A model generated the notes under the pieces. It was not told the DNA's origin, ran no database searches, and saw only the letters and a program-made list of their open reading frames with translations. Positions 59,337 to 64,000 of a DNA stretch of 64,000 nucleotides are shown here, in pieces. Origin of the DNA: Setoptus koraiensis. Lineage: Eukaryota; Animalia; Arthropoda. Positions within the stretch are counted from its first letter, which is position 1, and the number at the start of each line of letters is the position of its first letter. The position numbers and the translations under genes were made by a program. The stretch spans positions 15,438,001-15,502,000 of the forward strand of contig CM106585.1 of assembly GCA_048013815.1 (NCBI GenBank), read 5' to 3'.

Positions 59337-59996
59337 ATGGCCAGAACACATGGACACCCGAACGAAATTGATCTTACAAAAGAGGATGATGAGGATCCAG
59401 ATTGTGGGATTGTATATGAAAATATTGATCCACTTCACCACTTCAACAACTCCAATTTTAGTGATCATGCTCAAATAGTAAGAGAAGTATGTGTCAGAGA
59501 GCCGGTTGTTTACTTAGAATCACCAATCAGTTTCAGATCTGTCGAAGACATACCCATAAGAATTGGGCCCAATACTAGAAGCCGCCGCAGACATAATACA
59601 CAGCACACTACAAACAACAGCGTTGTCGTTGATGACTCAGATACTACGATAAACCAAAGTACCTCGTCAAATGATTCTAGTTCTGGTTGTGAGGGCTCCC
59701 CACTCACGAGCTCTCAACCGAAAAGGAAAAAGACGACGACAACGACGACGACAACGACGACGACGAATCTCGACAACGAATGTATGTCACCGCGGATTCA
59801 TATTCAGTGTAAAATATGTTTAACATCTGTCTCCACCATAGAAAAAGAGGGTAAAACCAGGATTGTGACGTCCAAATGCGGACACCTATTTTGTGAATCT
59901 TGCCTTGAACAAGCATTACAAGTGAGCAAGATCTGCCCAATCTGCCGAAAGGCACTTAAGGGGAAAGGAGCATATTTTCAGATCTTTTTAGATTAA
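59337..59996 (+). CDS. RNF4: RNF4/Degringolade-like SUMO-targeted RING E3 ligase, intronless, 219 aa
   Basis: N-terminal SIM-like motifs (EIDLT, IVYE, VVYLE, VVVDD) and a C-terminal C3HC4 RING (CKIC...SKCGHLFCESC...CPICR...YFQIFL). Confidence 0.85.
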   Translation: MARTHGHPNEIDLTKEDDEDPDCGIVYENIDPLHHFNNSNFSDHAQIVREVCVREPVVYLESPISFRSVEDIPIRIGPNTRSRRRHNTQHTTNNSVVVDDSDTTINQSTSSNDSSSGCEGSPLTSSQPKRKKTTTTTTTTTTTNLDNECMSPRIHIQCKICLTSVSTIEKEGKTRIVTSKCGHLFCESCLEQALQVSKICPICRKALKGKGAYFQIFLD

Positions 59997-60017
59997 GCAT
60001 AGATACTCAGAACAATA

Positions 60018-60203
60018 TTATCTTTCGTATTCAATAAATAATCGAGATAATTTTGATGAGCGCCCACTCTGGTGCGTTATTATATCTCTATGCGTCGCAT
60101 GTTGGTGATGCAAAAAAATATGAAACGATGACTTCGTATTCTTTATCTCCAGCCAGACTACATCGAAGTTGGCGAAAATTTTGTTGGAACAATTTTTAGC
60201 TGC
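60018..60203 (-). pseudogene. Diverged tandem duplicate of the 3' end of the mucin/LRR gene (frame still open)
   Basis: AAKNCSNKIFANFDVVWLEIKNTKSSFHIFLHHQHATHRDIITHQSGRSSKLSRLFIEYER* aligns with NDIFDNIDITWLEIKNTTLSFH...THRDI...RSSKLSRLFLK*. Confidence 0.75.
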
Positions 60204-60217
60204 TCAAATTTTCTATT

Positions 60218-63118
60218 TTATTTAAGAAATAATCGTGATAATTTAGATGAGCGCCTCCTCCTGATCTTGTAATGGTGCGCTCTGATATCCCTATGCGTCA
60301 CGTGATGATGTTGCGATCGATTCCATGATTGGGGATGCAAAAAGTTATTATGAAAGGATAATGTTGTATTTTTGATCTCCAGCCAGGTTATGTCGATATT
60401 GTCAAAGATATCATTCGGAAATGGCCCTATATTACAGCTGTCTATGACAAAGTTGTGGATCACATGGCCGCGGAATCCTTTGATTGCCTGATGAAGTACC
60501 TCTTTGTTTCTAATGTTTGCACAATATGCTATAGTTTCATATTTTCCGTCATTAGGGTCATAAGAGTCGATGGGTGCGTGTTTTGGTTTCCTCACACGAC
60601 CTATCGTTTGCAAACGACTGGAATGTTTAAAAGTGGCGTCGGTGCCGTTGTTCTGGATCAGAATCATGGTATCATTAAAATTGTCGGTACGCGCAGCGGG
60701 ATTGCCCCTCTCTGGAATGTTGTTTCCTTGAGTACCTCTTCTTTTTCTGTGATTTACTGTCTGTATCGCTGGATATCCCGACATTCTTGAAGTCAGTGTT
60801 GGAGAGTGTTGAACCGGTGGTCCGTGATTGTAAGATCTAGGTAGAGGAATGTGCGAGCTGGCGCTCGTGGCAGACAAAGGTCTATGTGTCATCAAGTTGA
60901 CAGGCTCCAAATGTTGTATTCTCCTATTCGTTGCTGCAACTGTCTGTGAATATACTTTTGGTGGAGCTGATGTAACAGGATGATGAGAATGATGTAATAA
61001 AGCTGACGTGGTGCGATAATTATTGTGTAAATTACTATGACTAGTGGACGGTGTAGTATGGTGTCGTGGCAGATGATGCGCTGGAAGCGATGGGGACGGT
61101 GATGTCTTTGCAAAAACATCTAATGACTCATTTGTCCCTGCTGTAATTCTAGGAATTGTTGTTATTGTTTGCTCCAGCCTTGCTGAAGCCGATACTGTCG
61201 ATAAATGTGTTGGTTTCGGTGTAACTGTCGTCGTCGTCGTCGTGAATGCTGCTGGAGCAACTTGAGTTGTCCGTGTTACAGATTTTGGCGCAGACGATGT
61301 CGTAGTTGTTGTCGTTGTCGTTGTCGTAGGAGTATGTGTTGTTGGTAATGGCGAAGTTGTTGTTGATGGCTGTGAATTTGTTGTTAGCTCTGAGGTTGTT
61401 GTTGATGTCGTCGGCGCTGGTGCTGTCGTCGTTGTCGAAATTGAAGATAATGAAGATGTTGTTGAAGATGGTAAAATTTCGGCAATAGTTGCTGATTGCT
61501 CTGCACTGGAATCCTCCGGTACTAGTCGTGATGATGATGTTGCCATTGTTGTTGTTGATGCCGAAGTTGAAGTTTTTGTTACTATAGTTGTAGGTGCTGC
61601 TGCTGTTGTCTTGGGTGCTGAGGTCGTTGTTGTTGTAGTTGACGGGGGTGTTGCTGTCATTTTCGTCGATGTTGGTGTTGTTATTGGCTCTGGTGTTGCT
61701 GTCGTGGGTGCTGAGGTCGTGATACTTGTTGTGGTTGGTTCTGTTATTGTAGATCTGGGTGCTGGTGTTGTGATTGGTTCTGGTGTTGCTGTTGTAGATT
61801 TAGGTGCCGGTGTAGTCGTTGGTTCTAATGTTGTTGTTGCAGATTTGGGTGCTGGTGTTGTCGTTTGTTCTGGTGTTGTTGTCGTTGGTGCCGAGGTGGT
61901 TACTGTTGTGGTTGGTTCTGCTGTTGCTGTTGTAGATTTAGGTGCCGGTGTAGTCGTTGGTTCTAATGTTGTTGTTGCAGATTTGGGTGCTGGTGTTGTC
62001 GTTTGTTCTGGTGTTGTTGTCGTTGGTGCCGAGGTGGTTACTGTTGTTGTTGGTTCTGCTGTTGCTGTTGTAGATTTAGGTGCCGGTGTAGTCGTTGGTT
62101 CTAATGTTGTTGTTGCAGATTTGGGTGCTGGTGTTGTCGTTTGTTCTGGTGTTGTTGTCGTTGGTGCCGAGTTTGTTGTTGTTGTGGTTGGCGACGGTGT
62201 TGTTGTCATTGTCGTCGTCGATGCTGGCGTTGCTGTTGTGGTTGACGAAAGTGTTGTCGTTATCGTTGTCGTTGTTGTAGGTGATAATGTTGTAGTGGTG
62301 ACAGCTAAATCTGGAACTGTTGTAGTTGACGACTCTTGTGGCAGAATTGATGCCGGCGTTGCAGTAGCTGGCTCTATCTTTGTTGTCGTTTTGAACTCTG
62401 GCGTTGTTATAGTTGCAGGTGCAGCAGTAGTAGATATTACAACTGGTACAGATTCTGTTGTGTTCGTGCTTATCAGTGCCACTGGTTCTGGTACAAATTC
62501 TGGCTCTATGGATGTAGCTATTTCCAGCTCTAAGCTTGTAGTTGTTGTTTTTGGAGTTGTTGTTGTTGTGATTATTGGTGACCTTGTAGGTTTCGTTGTT
62601 GGCAATGGTTGTGCAGTTGTCGTGGGTGTCGGTGATTTTCTAGCCTGCAGAATAGTTACCGGCGCACGCGATGTTGGTTTGATTGTTGTTGTTGTAGTTG
62701 TCGTGGTTGTTGTTGTTGTAGTTGTTGCTGTTGTTGTCGTCGTTGTTCTTGTCTTTGGGACCAATATTGTTGCTGCGGTTGTTGTTCTAGGCAATGGTGT
62801 TGTGGTTGTTGATTGTCTCGGATCTGCAGAATCTATTATTGTTTCTTCCTCTGCAATTTCCTCTTCATATTCTGCCCTCAACACCATGTGACATTCACAC
62901 GGATGTATACTGGCCGCTGGGGGGCACCCGACCACGTGGACTAAATGCCTGGATTTTTGATACGCTAACAGGTCACTGTTTGCAGCATTCTTTGTTGTCT
63001 GTAGGTCATAATGATTTCTGGCCGTATCCATACCATTGGCTTGCATCGCTTCCAAGCTGGTGGAAATAAGCAGCCATGCTATATGAAATATCAACAGGTT
63101 TCTTTTAAATTTGAACAT
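60218..63118 (-). CDS. Secreted mucin-like protein with a split LRR N-cap and short LRR-like C-terminal domain, intronless, 966 aa
   Basis: Signal peptide (MFKFKRNLLIFHIAWLLISTSLEA), CPPAASIHPCEC, a Thr/Pro/Ser-rich core with 46-aa repeats, an RKRR site and C-terminal AYCANI...FVIDSCNIGPFPNDIFDNIDITWLEI. Confidence 0.88.
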   Translation of the reverse strand: MFKFKRNLLIFHIAWLLISTSLEAMQANGMDTARNHYDLQTTKNAANSDLLAYQKSRHLVHVVGCPPAASIHPCECHMVLRAEYEEEIAEEETIIDSADPRQSTTTTPLPRTTTAATILVPKTRTTTTTTATTTTTTTTTTTTTTIKPTSRAPVTILQARKSPTPTTTAQPLPTTKPTRSPIITTTTTPKTTTTSLELEIATSIEPEFVPEPVALISTNTTESVPVVISTTAAPATITTPEFKTTTKIEPATATPASILPQESSTTTVPDLAVTTTTLSPTTTTTITTTLSSTTTATPASTTTMTTTPSPTTTTTNSAPTTTTPEQTTTPAPKSATTTLEPTTTPAPKSTTATAEPTTTVTTSAPTTTTPEQTTTPAPKSATTTLEPTTTPAPKSTTATAEPTTTVTTSAPTTTTPEQTTTPAPKSATTTLEPTTTPAPKSTTATPEPITTPAPRSTITEPTTTSITTSAPTTATPEPITTPTSTKMTATPPSTTTTTTSAPKTTAAAPTTIVTKTSTSASTTTMATSSSRLVPEDSSAEQSATIAEILPSSTTSSLSSISTTTTAPAPTTSTTTSELTTNSQPSTTTSPLPTTHTPTTTTTTTTTTSSAPKSVTRTTQVAPAAFTTTTTTVTPKPTHLSTVSASARLEQTITTIPRITAGTNESLDVFAKTSPSPSLPAHHLPRHHTTPSTSHSNLHNNYRTTSALLHHSHHPVTSAPPKVYSQTVAATNRRIQHLEPVNLMTHRPLSATSASSHIPLPRSYNHGPPVQHSPTLTSRMSGYPAIQTVNHRKRRGTQGNNIPERGNPAARTDNFNDTMILIQNNGTDATFKHSSRLQTIGRVRKPKHAPIDSYDPNDGKYETIAYCANIRNKEVLHQAIKGFRGHVIHNFVIDSCNIGPFPNDIFDNIDITWLEIKNTTLSFHNNFLHPQSWNRSQHHHVTHRDIRAHHYKIRRRRSSKLSRLFLK
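61790..62170 (-). repeat. 138-bp (46-aa) coding tandem repeat, about 3 near-identical copies
   Basis: AGATTTAGGTGCCGG recurs at 61796, 61934 and 62072. The unit is TTTVTTSAPTTTTPEQTTTPAPKSATTTLEPTTTPAPKSTTATAEP. Confidence 0.93.
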
Positions 63119-63912
63119 TTTTGTCTAATTAAAAATCTTCTTAAATGCAATCTATCGTGTGTGTGTGCCAACTACCTACTAATGCTTACTAATGCTGATA
63201 ATGATGATAATGTGTGCTCATAAATATACTTATGCCTGATTATTGCTTTACTAATGCTCGTCTCATACTGTCGTAGTTCTGCTGCTCGCTGGAGAAATTT
63301 GATAATGAATATAACAACAACACGGATTGTTGTTTCAAACAACTAAACAGGCTCACATGAGTACGAGAGATCTTCTTCGCACAGGTGAACTGATGGCGGC
63401 GGTGACGGCAGTGCTACGAATAATGGCAACAGTGCCGAAAGAAATACCATAATGCCATTATTAACGTCACACAGGAAGGAATAATGCGAATAAGGAATGG
63501 TTGTTGCCGCTGCTAAAGTGATGGAATCATGAGTTTGCGGAGTCACTGAGGAATGGAGAGGGACGCAAAAGTTCCAGACGCATAGAGAAGCGCTTGAACT
63601 CTCTTGTCGTGGATGCTGCTCTCTTGTAGATAATAGGCACTGTTTATCTGCCTAGTTATATTCTAGCCATTGTGGCGAGAAAGAATAGAAGCCACCACCG
63701 AGAAGCAAAAATACAAACCATGCTAACAAGAAAATTCAAGAGCAGCCCTAACCTAGAACTAGCCTTAACACTGAACAGTTGCTGGCAAAGTGCGGCCAGT
63801 GTGCTAGCAGGACAATGGTGTTGCTATCCCTCTCCTCTTGTCCACCTTTTGCTGGCAAATAGATCGATTGGATTAGATTTATTTGCTATACCCACAGGCC
63901 AATCCCATGTTA

Positions 63913-64000
63913 TTTATGTTGTTGTTGGTGCTGGTGCCGTTGTTGTTGTTTGTGCTGTTGTTGCTGTTATTGTTGGTGTTGTTGGTGTTGTTGTTGTTGT
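63913..64000 (-). other. Possible 3' end of another Thr-rich (or Asn-rich) low-complexity ORF entering from beyond the window
   Basis: One - frame reads TTTTTPTTPTITATTAQTTTTAPAPTTT*. It could equally be a non-coding (AAC)n microsatellite. Confidence 0.25.

Noticed and set aside
61611-62891. 426-aa Val/Gly-rich ORF on the + strand
   Set aside because: It is the antisense shadow of the Thr-rich mucin repeats (ACA/ACC codons read as GTT/GGT).
63343-63650. About 100-codon open frame upstream of the mucin gene
   Set aside because: It has no clear ATG start or homology and may be UTR or intergenic sequence.

Overview
Eukaryotic (animal) genomic DNA with GT-AG introns. It is most likely an arthropod, plausibly a small-genome mite; this is inferred from gene content, short or absent introns and (AAC)/(TG)/(GA) microsatellite load, and is not verified. 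From left to right: (1) about 1.9 kb of G-rich then T-rich noise that looks like a degraded contig end and cuts off the 3' end of (2) a 3-exon REXO1-like exonuclease (-); (3) an unresolved compact coding-like region at 3.5-5.1 kb; (4) a 7-exon furin-like proprotein convertase (+, 11849-37515, 1136 aa) with 12.5 kb and 7.9 kb introns full of microsatellites, minisatellites and short perfect hairpins; (5) a 2-exon cyclin D (+) whose 3' end runs into a patchwork duplication built from three nearby loci, including a decayed VPS26C fragment; (6) a gene-dense, intron-poor block at 51.4-63.1 kb with two tandem hydrophobic small ORFs, a 390-aa orphan, VPS26C/DSCR3, an effector caspase, a FIT/FITM protein, an RNF4-like RING ligase and a secreted mucin in which an LRR N-cap is split by about 790 aa of Thr-rich sequence. 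No rRNA, tRNA, CRISPR array or recognisable transposase was seen. Most ORFs in the supplied track are microsatellite or antisense artefacts.
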